Assembly (NCBI GenBank): GCA_042217695.1
Contig: JBDGSE010000027.1
Coordinates: 1-15,374 of the forward strand
Direction of reading: 5' to 3'
Length of the DNA stretch: 15,374 bases
From: Candidatus Nanohaloarchaea archaeon
Lineage (GTDB): Archaea > Nanohalarchaeota > Nanosalinia > Nanosalinales > Nanosalinaceae
The notes under the pieces are model-generated. The model was not told the origin of the DNA. It did no database searches and was given only the letters and a program-made list of their open reading frames with translations. The position numbers were made by a program, and so were the translations under genes. Positions 7,143-15,374 of the stretch are shown here, one piece after another (within the stretch, counting starts at the first letter, position 1; every line of letters starts with the position of its first letter).

Positions 7143-7829
7143 ATGAGGTATTTTAGACTTCACCCCATACAGGAAAAGATACTGAAGAGGCTCTCCTATG
7201 ACCTCGAAGAGAAGACTTTCTCAGAGATAAGAGGGGACATAGAGAGCAACAAGTTTGCCTTCCACCTGAAGAAACTTCAAGAGAGAGATATGATAGAGAA
7301 GACGAAAGACGGTTATCTCTTGTCCTCTCAGGGCCGGGAGATACTTCCACATCTGGATCTGGAGGAGAGTTACCACCCTGTCATCGCGGTAGATATACTC
7401 GTTTTCTCAGAGGACAAGGTCTACCTACTTCCAAAGGACGAAGACCCCTTAGATCCTTTCACGGGGGATTACAGAGCACTTTCCTCGCGTGTAAGCGGAA
7501 AGGAACGTCTCCTAGGTAAACCCACTAGAGTTTTCATCGACGAGTTCGGGGAAAAACCAGACTCCTTACAACCCGCCGCCATATTCGACAGCCAGGTGAC
7601 TTTCCTGGATGGTTCCAAGCAGCATTACCTCCTGTTCTACTTCAAGGCTGCTATAGACCGTCCTGACGATGAGAACTGGTTTAAGATGGACGAACTTGAA
7701 TCGATCGACCTGCTGCCGGGCTTGGAAAAGACCGCCAAGGAGATCAAGGAACACGACGGCCTCATTATGGGGACCTGGGACATAAAGGAGACAGAGGACG
7801 GCTTCGAGGTCGAGAAGCTGGAGTTCTAA
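7143..7829 (+). CDS. Winged-HTH plus degenerate Nudix-fold protein, putative regulator
   Basis: N-terminal TFSEI...SNKFAFHLKKL....MIEK...GYLLSSQG (ArsR-like wHTH); C-terminal half follows Nudix spacing with an eroded Nudix box. Confidence 0.75.
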   Translation: MRYFRLHPIQEKILKRLSYDLEEKTFSEIRGDIESNKFAFHLKKLQERDMIEKTKDGYLLSSQGREILPHLDLEESYHPVIAVDILVFSEDKVYLLPKDEDPLDPFTGDYRALSSRVSGKERLLGKPTRVFIDEFGEKPDSLQPAAIFDSQVTFLDGSKQHYLLFYFKAAIDRPDDENWFKMDELESIDLLPGLEKTAKEIKEHDGLIMGTWDIKETEDGFEVEKLEF

Positions 7830-7942
7830 GACGCCGATAGTAGAGTTTTCCAACTCCACGGGAGCCAGACAAAAGATTTATTAATCTCTCCATACCACAT
7901 TTAGTCAAGTTCCCTTGAGCAAGGGGAGGGGTTCTGGAACAC

Positions 7943-8419
7943 ATGTACGAGATCGAAAACGCTCTGGCACGTGAAACGCTGTCAGAGGCGGAATTAAAGG
8001 AAGAACAGGATGAAACGCACTACCTGTTCGGAAAGAACGGGATATACTCGTTCGACGAGGACGGCTCCATCTACTCTTACATAGTGGGTGAGGAGAGCTT
8101 CATCGCGCACGAGTTCGAGTTCCGGGGAAAGGTCCGACGAGAAGTCACCAGCACCGAAGACGGTGAACCTGTCAATTTCCTGCTGGACATGGGATTCAGG
8201 CCATTCATGAGGTTCGACATCGAACGTTACCGCCTGAAAAGGGAAGGCCGTGAACTGGTTATCGAGAAAGTCGACCAGCTTGGCTTCTTTACAAACGATG
8301 CCGAGATGGGAGGAAGAGAGGTCAACTATGGCGAACTCCTGAAGGAAGAGATGAAAAAGAACAGGGATAAGAGGAGACTGGTCAAGGACCAGGCAGAGCA
8401 GATACTCCAGCAGATCTAG
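7943..8419 (+). CDS. Degenerate CYTH-like (class IV adenylyl cyclase/TTM fold) protein
   Basis: MYEIE start, RREV, LLDMGF, IEKVDQLGFF and YGELL follow the CyaB layout; several catalytic residues appear absent. Confidence 0.6.
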   Translation: MYEIENALARETLSEAELKEEQDETHYLFGKNGIYSFDEDGSIYSYIVGEESFIAHEFEFRGKVRREVTSTEDGEPVNFLLDMGFRPFMRFDIERYRLKREGRELVIEKVDQLGFFTNDAEMGGREVNYGELLKEEMKKNRDKRRLVKDQAEQILQQI

Positions 8420-9138
8420 TCCTCGAGCTCGAACTCGATACGCTCGGTGTCCGCCCCCTTGGAGATCCTGTTAGTGATGTTTATGCCTCCTATCTCGCCC
8501 AGTGAGTCGACGTGTGTGCCGCCGCAGGGACAGAGGTCCTCGTCGCCGATTACCACCACGCGCAGAGGATCCACGCTGTCAGGTATGAGATCCAGGTTTG
8601 TACGACCCTCCTCCACCTCGGATTCGACCCGGTCGCGGGACATCGATTCCTTCTCAACTTCCAAGTCCTTCTGTATGAAGGCGTTCACCTGTTTCTCTAT
8701 GGTCTCGATATCTCCCTCATCGAACTCCACCGGGGCGAAATCTATACGGGAGCGGTCCTCATGTATCTGGTTTCCCGCAGTCGAGGCACCGTAGCGCTGG
8801 AGCACCACCCAGGACAGAAGGTGCTGGGCGGTATGCATGCGCATGTGTTTGTACCTGCGGTCCCAGTCTATGGTGCCGTGTACCTCGGTGCCGGGCTCGG
8901 GAAGGTCGTCTCCCTCCACGAAGTGGCGGACCTCGGAGCCATTCTTCTTTACATCGGTTACCTCTCGCTCTTCTCCTTCCCAGGAGATCACCCCTCTATC
9001 CGCGGGCTGTCCGCCGCCCTCAGGGTAGAAAAGCGTTCTATCCAGGACGATGTAGCCGTCCATTTCCCGGGTTTTCGTGACTTCTGCTTCAAACTCTTTA
9101 TCGTAGTTTCTGTCCGGAAGATACAGGAGCTCGGTCAT
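8416..9138 (-). CDS. alaX: Free-standing alanyl-tRNA editing protein AlaX (M type)
   Basis: LDRTLFYPEGGGQPADRG, HTAQH and CGGTH zinc motifs, 240 aa. Confidence 0.95.
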   Translation of the reverse strand: MTELLYLPDRNYDKEFEAEVTKTREMDGYIVLDRTLFYPEGGGQPADRGVISWEGEEREVTDVKKNGSEVRHFVEGDDLPEPGTEVHGTIDWDRRYKHMRMHTAQHLLSWVVLQRYGASTAGNQIHEDRSRIDFAPVEFDEGDIETIEKQVNAFIQKDLEVEKESMSRDRVESEVEEGRTNLDLIPDSVDPLRVVVIGDEDLCPCGGTHVDSLGEIGGINITNRISKGADTERIEFELED

Positions 9139-9357
9139 GGACTGGAATTACCTGCATACATATGTAAAATTTCCTGATAAACCGGTTCCAATCAGAGGTG
9201 TAACGCTATCCCTGGATCCGGCGCTGATCTGAATGAGAGACCCTCGATTTATGCTTTCCGACGGCCCAGAGGCCTCCTGAGCACCAGCTTTGACTCCAGA
9301 GAGTTCTTCGATGATGCAGATCTGCTGGAGGAATCACTGGAACATTTCCCTGGAGAG

Positions 9358-9633
9358 GTGGAGCGCAGTGGCGGTGCAGGAATCGAATACATGGAGACAG
9401 AAGTTACTGCAACAGACCCAGAGATGTACAACGATCTCGTGGGCCTCTATGGCAAACCCAGCGGGGATAACAGAGCGGAATACGTCTGGGAAGGCGGCCA
9501 CGCCAGTCTGAGGTGGGACAGCCACGGCCTACTGCAACCAGACGAACTGGTCTTCCAGGGCCGGGCAGATAACAGAGAGGTGATTGCCTCGCTGATGCAT
9601 GTGCTTGATGAAGAAGGTTACCGAGTGCTTTAA
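9358..9633 (+). CDS. Acidic hypothetical protein, 5' end uncertain
   Basis: Acidic composition like neighbouring genes; frame stays open back to 9181 without ATG; converges on the VIT1 gene with a 4-nt overlap. Confidence 0.5.
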   Translation: MERSGGAGIEYMETEVTATDPEMYNDLVGLYGKPSGDNRAEYVWEGGHASLRWDSHGLLQPDELVFQGRADNREVIASLMHVLDEEGYRVL

Positions 9634-10199
9634 CCTGGCAGCACCAGGTTAAGCAGGGCCACAACGAGCCCTGCAAGACCCATCCGCAGCCCGGCGATGT
9701 ACCACTTCTGCCTCGATATCTCTCCCATGTAGGCCCCGAACGAGAACAGTAACACTACACCTGTAGCCACCGCGAGGACTGTGGCCTGCAACATGGTTAT
9801 AACTCCCTCGAAGAGGAAGGGCAGGACGGGCAACAGTATGCCTATTAAAGGCCCTATACCGCTCATCACGGCGTTTATCTTCCGGGCAGTCTGTTTGCTG
9901 GAGTGCAACCTGGTGCCCTCCAGGTCGGTCTGCATCGCCTTTTCCAGCTCCTGGAGCTCCGCAAGTTTCTCCGCGCGCTCTATCTCCCAGACGCTCCACA
10001 CACCGGAGGTGGCGAGGCCTATCGCCGCTCCAACCGCGACCTTGAAAACAGTCATGCCAGATGGGACGCCGGAGAGAAAGGATCCAACAGCTATGCCAAC
10101 GCTTGTCAATGTACCGTCAAAACCGTTGGATATAAAGTAACGCCTGGATATCGAACGGACCTCTTCCTTCTGGAGTTCTTCACGGATATCTTCAAGCAT
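9630..10199 (-). CDS. VIT1/CCC1-family metal transporter
   Basis: RRYFISNGFDG, E.ERAE..AEL.ELEKAM, five hydrophobic segments; paired with DUF211 as is common in archaea. Confidence 0.88.
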   Translation of the reverse strand: MLEDIREELQKEEVRSISRRYFISNGFDGTLTSVGIAVGSFLSGVPSGMTVFKVAVGAAIGLATSGVWSVWEIERAEKLAELQELEKAMQTDLEGTRLHSSKQTARKINAVMSGIGPLIGILLPVLPFLFEGVITMLQATVLAVATGVVLLFSFGAYMGEISRQKWYIAGLRMGLAGLVVALLNLVLPG

Positions 10200-10203
10200 C
10201 CTT

Positions 10204-10488
10204 TCAGTCCTGTGGCGTCTCTATCTTGTCAACGAGTTCTTCGCCCGCGGCCACCTCGTCCACGCTGTGGATACTGGCCCCCTCGTTTTCGATAAGGCTG
10301 CGTACCTCGTCGGCGTCTATCTTGCCCTCCATCGTCAGCTTGATGTTCTTGACCTCCTCGTCCACCTCTATCAGGGAGCTGTTGACTCCCTCCACGCCTT
10401 CCAGATCGGCGAGCCTTTCCGTTATCTCGATTATCGGTGGTTCATGCGGCTTCAGTATATCCAGCACCAGTCTTCTGACAGTGGCCAT
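10204..10488 (-). CDS. DUF211 family protein
   Basis: RRLVLDILKPHEP, GVEGVN, GASIHSVDEVAAG. Confidence 0.9.
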   Translation of the reverse strand: MATVRRLVLDILKPHEPPIIEITERLADLEGVEGVNSSLIEVDEEVKNIKLTMEGKIDADEVRSLIENEGASIHSVDEVAAGEELVDKIETPQD

Positions 10489-10504
10489 AGGTGTAAAAAC
10501 GGCT

Positions 10505-10550
10505 CTCTGGAATATAAATCCTGCTTCCCCGGCCAGTTAGTTTAAGAAGT
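10505..10550. promoter_or_regulatory. Divergent TATA boxes for DUF211-VIT1 (-) and rps17e (+)
   Basis: TTTATA on - at about 10513-10518 and TTTAAG on + at 10541-10546, each about 25 nt from an ATG, suggesting leaderless transcripts. Confidence 0.5.
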
Positions 10551-10570
10551 TTGGCGTCCCGGACAAATAC

Positions 10571-10762
10571 ATGGGAAGAGTACGACAGACATACGTGAAA
10601 CGGCTCGCGAAAGATCTTGTCGAGGCTGACCCGGAAAGGTTCAGCGAGGATTTCGACCACAACAAGGAGGAGCTCAAGGAGATGGACGAGTTCAACTCCA
10701 AGAAGCTCAGGAACAGGGTAGCGGGCTACATGGTACGTGTCCTCCAGAACCAGGAGAACTAG
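10571..10762 (+). CDS. rps17e: 30S ribosomal protein S17e
   Basis: MGRVRQTYVKR, F..DFDHNK, SKKLRNRVAGY. Confidence 0.97.
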   Translation: MGRVRQTYVKRLAKDLVEADPERFSEDFDHNKEELKEMDEFNSKKLRNRVAGYMVRVLQNQEN

Positions 10763-11238
10763 ATACTTCTAGAGTAAAACACTGTTGCAAGCAGTGAGAG
10801 CAGCACCAGTTGTATAAAGCCGGGTCCTGGGAGGTCTGCCGTGGTCGGCAGCGTCTCCAGCGCGGTAACTCTTACGCGGTCAACGTTCGCCGTACCAAGT
10901 TCGCGGTTGTAGGTCGTCACAGTAAGGTTCTCCCTGCCTGTTTTCAGCGGAGAGACAGCTATCTGGAAAGTTTTCCGGGAGTTCGCCGGGATCGTGTGGT
11001 AAACTCCCTGCCTGTGGTTAACCCAGAACCACGAGTTCACCCCTGTCAGGTTTATCATCAGCTCCTTTTCCCGGGACACATGGTTTTCGACCGTGAACTC
11101 CACGGTCCTTGTCGAGTCCACCGAGACAAGTATAGTGCTGTAAGGATGCTCTATGGAGGTCTCAAGCTGGGCGGACTGGACTGCAAACGCTGCAGGGATG
11201 AAAAGGATGGCCATGACCAGAACCGTTCCACGCTCCAT
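10759..11238 (-). CDS. Small secreted, C-terminally anchored beta-sandwich protein
   Basis: Signal peptide (PAAFA), C-terminal LPGPGF plus TM helix; aligns with the C-terminal module of the adjacent 1140-aa protein. Confidence 0.8.
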   Translation of the reverse strand: MERGTVLVMAILFIPAAFAVQSAQLETSIEHPYSTILVSVDSTRTVEFTVENHVSREKELMINLTGVNSWFWVNHRQGVYHTIPANSRKTFQIAVSPLKTGRENLTVTTYNRELGTANVDRVRVTALETLPTTADLPGPGFIQLVLLSLLATVFYSRSI

Positions 11239-11269
11239 AACCTAAATTACCCTCTCGTGGTTAAAGATT

Positions 11270-14200
11270 TCAGGGCAGCGAGTAGAAGTACACCGTGGCC
11301 GCCACCAGTACAACAGTGACAAGCTGAAGGTAGCCCATCCCCGGCACCGATCTCTCCAGGGAGCGGAAGTCTGTCACGTAGACCGGGAACCTGTCAACGT
11401 TCTTTGTGCCGAGCATAGTGTTTCTCGTGATAACTCTCAGAGTCTTTTCGCCGTTACTGGTGGGAGAGACACCTATCTGGAAGCTTTTCTCCTCACCCCC
11501 CGACAGGGTGTAAGAGATGCTGTCCTGATCGTTCTTCAGGAACTTGGCGTTCACCCCTGCAAGAGATGTCTGCAACTGTTTCGATTCGCTGACAAGGTTT
11601 TCGACCTCCAGGGTGATATAGGCGGTGCGGCCCGTCGATGTGATGATGGTAGAGTACCTGTACCTCAGGTCCGTCCTGGTCCTGTAACTCTGGGAAGTCA
11701 CCTTAACGAACTTCCATGTCGCACTTGTCGCGTTCTCGTAGCTGTCACTCACCTTCACAAACCATTCGTAAGTCTGGCCGACCTCCACAGACCCCCAGGA
11801 GGCATCAGCTATGCCGGAGTTCAGTTCCTCGTAGCCAAGGAGATCGCCCGTGTCCTGGTTGAAGAACCAGACCTTCAACGGGGCGTCCTCCATGTCGGAG
11901 ACATCCACCTGGAGATCGATAACGTCTCCCGATACACTGGAATCATCAGCGGGCGAGACAAGGTTTATGATCGGTCTCTGGTTCGGTATACGGTGGATCG
12001 ACGAGGCCGAACCTGTCGCACCGTGGTCGTCGTAAACGGTGAGATCCACGGTTATCGGCTCCATTACCTCGAAGCCCGGATAGACGCTGGAACTGGTGTT
12101 TATCTCGCTGTAACTGCAGCGGCCCTGGTCCGTTTCCCCGTAGTTCACGTTTACAGACACGGTCCTGGAATAACTGTTGCCGTCCGTATCTGTGAAGGTG
12201 TACTCGCAGCGGTCCAGCTCAAACCTGTTCGCGTCCGAGTCGTAGACCACCGCGGAGACGTTAAACGCATGCCGCGTGGAGTAGTTGGAATAGAAGAAAC
12301 TGGATACCGAGGGCGCGTGGTTGGGGAAAGTGTTCTTCCCGGTCTCTGTCGCTGTATTGCCCTCTGAATCGGTGGCCGTCACCGTCACATCCGTCGTGGC
12401 AAGGTGTGCCCAGGGCCCATCCCGGTAGTTCACCCCGTCATAGATGCACTGGGCCTCACTCGAGTTTCCATAGGCAGTATCTATGTTCATCGAGTAGGAG
12501 ACGGTATTGCCTCCCGACGTTGCATCCATGCCACAGCTCTGGATATCGCCCTCGCCGTCGGGATCGTAAACGTTCGCTGCAACGCTGTAACTGTGTTCAG
12601 TGGTGGAGTTCGTGAAAACCAGGGAGAGGATCTTCGGCGGCTTGTTGCACGTCAGGGTGAAGGTCCAGGTCGAACTGGTCACGGTCGTGGAACCGTCATC
12701 CGCCTCCACGTACCAGTTGTACGTTTTCCCGCACTGAAGGTTGCTCCACTCTACAGATGCGGTCCCCGAACCGGAGACTGTGTCCGTGCCGATCAGGCTC
12801 GTGCTCTTCCGAAGATTCATCCTGTATAGCTGGGAGCGGTCCCACCATTCGTTAAGGGAGTTTTCCATGTCGCTCGCCATGTAGAACCGGGTCAGTTCGT
12901 TTGGGGCGTTGACAGAGAACTGGCCGTTCCACTCAAAGTTTGAGCTGTCCTGGCCGCAGCTGAAACTGTCGTAGGCCCCATCGTTGTCGCACCTGAAGAC
13001 GTACTGGTTGCCGGAGGAGTCTTCCGCCCAGAAGTATACTCCCGAGGCTTCGTAGGACTCTCCCCGGAAATGCAGGTCGAGTACCAGGTTGCCGTTGTTC
13101 GGAGGCAGGTTCTTTGAGTACTTCATCCTTCCATCACTGTCTGACTCCGCCCACCTGAGATAGTTGGACTGGTGGTCGTACATCAGGCCCCAGTCGTAGT
13201 CCTGGTTCATCCTGTCCCTGAGGTCTGTAAGGGTGTCTCCCCTGCTCTCCCTGTCCCACCGGAGTATGCTTTTACGGTAGAACCTGCTGGCCGGCACGTA
13301 GGAATAACTTGAATCCGAGGGCTTCATCCAGAAAAGCTTGTAATCATCTCCACCGCCACGGTCGCTCATCCTGTACATAAACGAGTGATAACCCTTGCTG
13401 AGGCTGACCTGACCGTTGTAGCTCTTGCAGCTCCCGCAGTCACCGTGGGAGCCGTACCATGAAGCAACCCGGTTACCCGACGATACGCTGTCGCAGTGGT
13501 TCATCGCCGTGGAGGGAACATCGATGAAGAAGTCGCTGGCGTCATCCGAATCCGTGGCAAAACTGTATGTTCCCGACTCCGGAGCATAGATATAACCCGT
13601 TATACACGTCGAGTAGGTATCCGAAGAGGCGAAAAGGTTGCATTCCTCGCCGTCGCCACAGTCGATCCTGTCCTGGACCGTTTTCTCGCCAAATTTTCCA
13701 GTGACCTGGCTCCCATCATCCATCCTGGCCGAGAGCTCCGACATCGAATTCGCGCCATCCGAACGACTATGGTCCCACTGCATAACCTTCATACCCTGGA
13801 CGTAGCCCGTGGAACCTCCCGCGTTGTAGAATTTCACGTCAACACTGTCCCCGTTGGAGTCGGAGACATCCACCTTTAACTGGGGGTTCTGGGAGTTCAC
13901 AGGGCTGGTGCTTGTTGCCTGGGCGGGCCTTGGGTTGGAGACGGAGGGTGGAGAATTGCACTGTTCGGACCAGGAAAGCGTAGTCCTCAACCCAAGCACG
14001 TCTGCTTCACCTCCGCTGTAGTGGCTTGCCTTGACAGTCAGGTAGTCATCGCTAGCCTCTGAAGTGACATCGTAGGGACTGGAGGGACAGCTCTCCCAGC
14101 CATACACGGGACAGGAATAAGTGTCTCCGTAGATATTCTGGCCGCAGTCGTCTTTGTAGTTGCCGTCTGCATATATATTGGATCTTCCCTCGTAACCTCC

Positions 14201-14692
14201 CAGGTCGCCATCCATACTGACATAGGCCGTTGCAGAGCTCAGGCTACAGCCGTTGGTGATAAAATTGCTGAAAGTTACGCTAGTAGAACACTGATCGCAG
14301 TAGTCGTAACAGGCGGTTCTGGTCTGTGAAGGGTCCATCCACCGGAAAGATTTCATAACTCCTCCGCTCGGAGTCCTGACACGTACGAAAGAAGTGTACT
14401 CCCTACTTTCGGTCCCGGTCACCTTCCAGGAAGCCTTCCATACCGTTCTGTTCCCGATATCCTGGATTTTCTCCATCCGGATAGTGGTGTTGGAAAGCAT
14501 CAGGTCGACACGCTCTATAGGTTTCTTCGACCTGATCTCGGCTGTGACGTTAAGATAGTTTCCCGGTCCAACTCTGTCTGGTTCATGTGTTATTTCAGTT
14601 ATCCGGGTGGAAAGACCCGGACCCTCTGCCGCAGCGGTCATCGAAGAAAACAATACCAGGAATACCAAGAGCCAGGAGAACTCTAACCTCAT
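11270..14692 (-). CDS. Large cell-surface protein with PA14 domain and Ig-like repeats, putative adhesin/lectin
   Basis: Signal peptide; PA14 motif TGYIYAPESGTYSFATDSDDASDFFID...GQVSLSKGYH...LFW..P...VP; N-x-x-P-initiated Ig-like repeats; Cys pairs; VPGMGY plus TM at the C-terminus. Confidence 0.85.
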   Translation of the reverse strand: MRLEFSWLLVFLVLFSSMTAAAEGPGLSTRITEITHEPDRVGPGNYLNVTAEIRSKKPIERVDLMLSNTTIRMEKIQDIGNRTVWKASWKVTGTESREYTSFVRVRTPSGGVMKSFRWMDPSQTRTACYDYCDQCSTSVTFSNFITNGCSLSSATAYVSMDGDLGGYEGRSNIYADGNYKDDCGQNIYGDTYSCPVYGWESCPSSPYDVTSEASDDYLTVKASHYSGGEADVLGLRTTLSWSEQCNSPPSVSNPRPAQATSTSPVNSQNPQLKVDVSDSNGDSVDVKFYNAGGSTGYVQGMKVMQWDHSRSDGANSMSELSARMDDGSQVTGKFGEKTVQDRIDCGDGEECNLFASSDTYSTCITGYIYAPESGTYSFATDSDDASDFFIDVPSTAMNHCDSVSSGNRVASWYGSHGDCGSCKSYNGQVSLSKGYHSFMYRMSDRGGGDDYKLFWMKPSDSSYSYVPASRFYRKSILRWDRESRGDTLTDLRDRMNQDYDWGLMYDHQSNYLRWAESDSDGRMKYSKNLPPNNGNLVLDLHFRGESYEASGVYFWAEDSSGNQYVFRCDNDGAYDSFSCGQDSSNFEWNGQFSVNAPNELTRFYMASDMENSLNEWWDRSQLYRMNLRKSTSLIGTDTVSGSGTASVEWSNLQCGKTYNWYVEADDGSTTVTSSTWTFTLTCNKPPKILSLVFTNSTTEHSYSVAANVYDPDGEGDIQSCGMDATSGGNTVSYSMNIDTAYGNSSEAQCIYDGVNYRDGPWAHLATTDVTVTATDSEGNTATETGKNTFPNHAPSVSSFFYSNYSTRHAFNVSAVVYDSDANRFELDRCEYTFTDTDGNSYSRTVSVNVNYGETDQGRCSYSEINTSSSVYPGFEVMEPITVDLTVYDDHGATGSASSIHRIPNQRPIINLVSPADDSSVSGDVIDLQVDVSDMEDAPLKVWFFNQDTGDLLGYEELNSGIADASWGSVEVGQTYEWFVKVSDSYENATSATWKFVKVTSQSYRTRTDLRYRYSTIITSTGRTAYITLEVENLVSESKQLQTSLAGVNAKFLKNDQDSISYTLSGGEEKSFQIGVSPTSNGEKTLRVITRNTMLGTKNVDRFPVYVTDFRSLERSVPGMGYLQLVTVVLVAATVYFYSLP

Positions 14693-15258
14693 CCCAGTTC
14701 ACCTCCGATCCTTGAGGGAAAGACTACCAGCTGTGTGATGTCATCGTCTCTGACCACGCCAACCCTGAATGTATAGGCCGTGATATTAGAGGCAAATGCC
14801 CTGTAGCTGGAAAGCCTGTTATCTTTAACTCTCAATGGCTCACCGCTCACCCTCCCCGAGACGGAGGAAAGCCTCAATACAGCGCCCTTATACCTCTGGA
14901 GAGGCAGCCTCTTTTCGAGCAGGAACGCTCTTGACCCAGCTTTTAGCGCGGCGAGACTCAGTTTTTTACCTACCTGGAAGCTGTGGTTCCTGGAGTCGCC
15001 CTGTAATATGAGTCGCTCAACATAGAAACTCGCATTGGAACTCTGGGAGATAGATATCACGGAGTTTTCTTCAGCTAGAGAGACAAAGAAAGAGACATTA
15101 TGGCGCCTCTCTTCAGATGTGTTGCTCCCGCTACGGTTCGCTCTATCAGGCAAATCCCGGGTTCCAGAACCGGTAAAGAAGAACAGAAGAGATAAAAGCA
15201 GCCCTGTCACCAGAACCAGTCCTACTGCAACCAGCACCATTCTCTGCCGCCGCGCCAT
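14689..15258 (-). CDS. N-terminally anchored exported protein, possibly DUF4382-like
   Basis: Basic N-terminus plus TM helix; LSLAAL..G...LL....LP..RY....L pattern recalls DUF4382; 4-nt overlap with the large gene. Confidence 0.6.
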   Translation of the reverse strand: MARRQRMVLVAVGLVLVTGLLLSLLFFFTGSGTRDLPDRANRSGSNTSEERRHNVSFFVSLAEENSVISISQSSNASFYVERLILQGDSRNHSFQVGKKLSLAALKAGSRAFLLEKRLPLQRYKGAVLRLSSVSGRVSGEPLRVKDNRLSSYRAFASNITAYTFRVGVVRDDDITQLVVFPSRIGGELG

Positions 15259-15349
15259 CTAAAGGTTATTGACCACGGCTAGTTTTTATTATCTCTTGAA
15301 GCCACGGCCGTAGGACAGCTATAAGAGATTTCAAGCCGGTTTTAACAGT

Positions 15350-15374
15350 ATGGACATCGACGAACTCGACGAGA
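15350..15374 (+). CDS. Start of a CDS cut by the window edge (MDIDELDE...), possibly Lrp/AsnC-like
   Basis: ATG at 15350 with TATAAG about 25-30 nt upstream; IDELD resembles Lrp N-termini but only 8 codons are visible. Confidence 0.4.

Noticed and set aside
44..15262. Antisense and alternate-frame ORFs in the track (for example 44-550, 2154-2468, 4642-5373, 8512-9177, 10810-11319)
   Set aside because: Mostly shadows of well-supported genes, with no motifs and atypical composition.
1..15374. Mobile element, provirus or defence island
   Set aside because: No transposase, integrase, viral or defence-type genes recognised.

Overview
Archaeal chromosomal window with tight gene packing, TATA-like promoters and very acidic cytoplasmic proteins, most consistent with a halophilic DPANN archaeon such as Nanohaloarchaeota (inference). 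Minus-strand cluster: gatC, metallophosphoesterase, an unannotated 39-aa CPxCG zinc finger, gatA. Then an FtsZ2-type ftsZ, a membrane protein, a NusA-like KH protein, ABCE1/RLI, a wHTH-Nudix-like regulator, a CYTH-like protein, AlaX, a VIT1/DUF211 pair, rps17e and three surface-protein genes including a 1140-aa PA14/Ig-like protein. The strongest unexplained signals are non-coding. ftsZ is bracketed by a 5' array of hairpins showing the same UUGGGC loop and by two 3' hairpins showing an identical C-rich, anti-Shine-Dalgarno-like loop. A cloverleaf tRNA-like RNA with an abnormal anticodon loop has its own promoter-like and terminator-like sequences. All calls were made by eye; no searches or folding programs were run.
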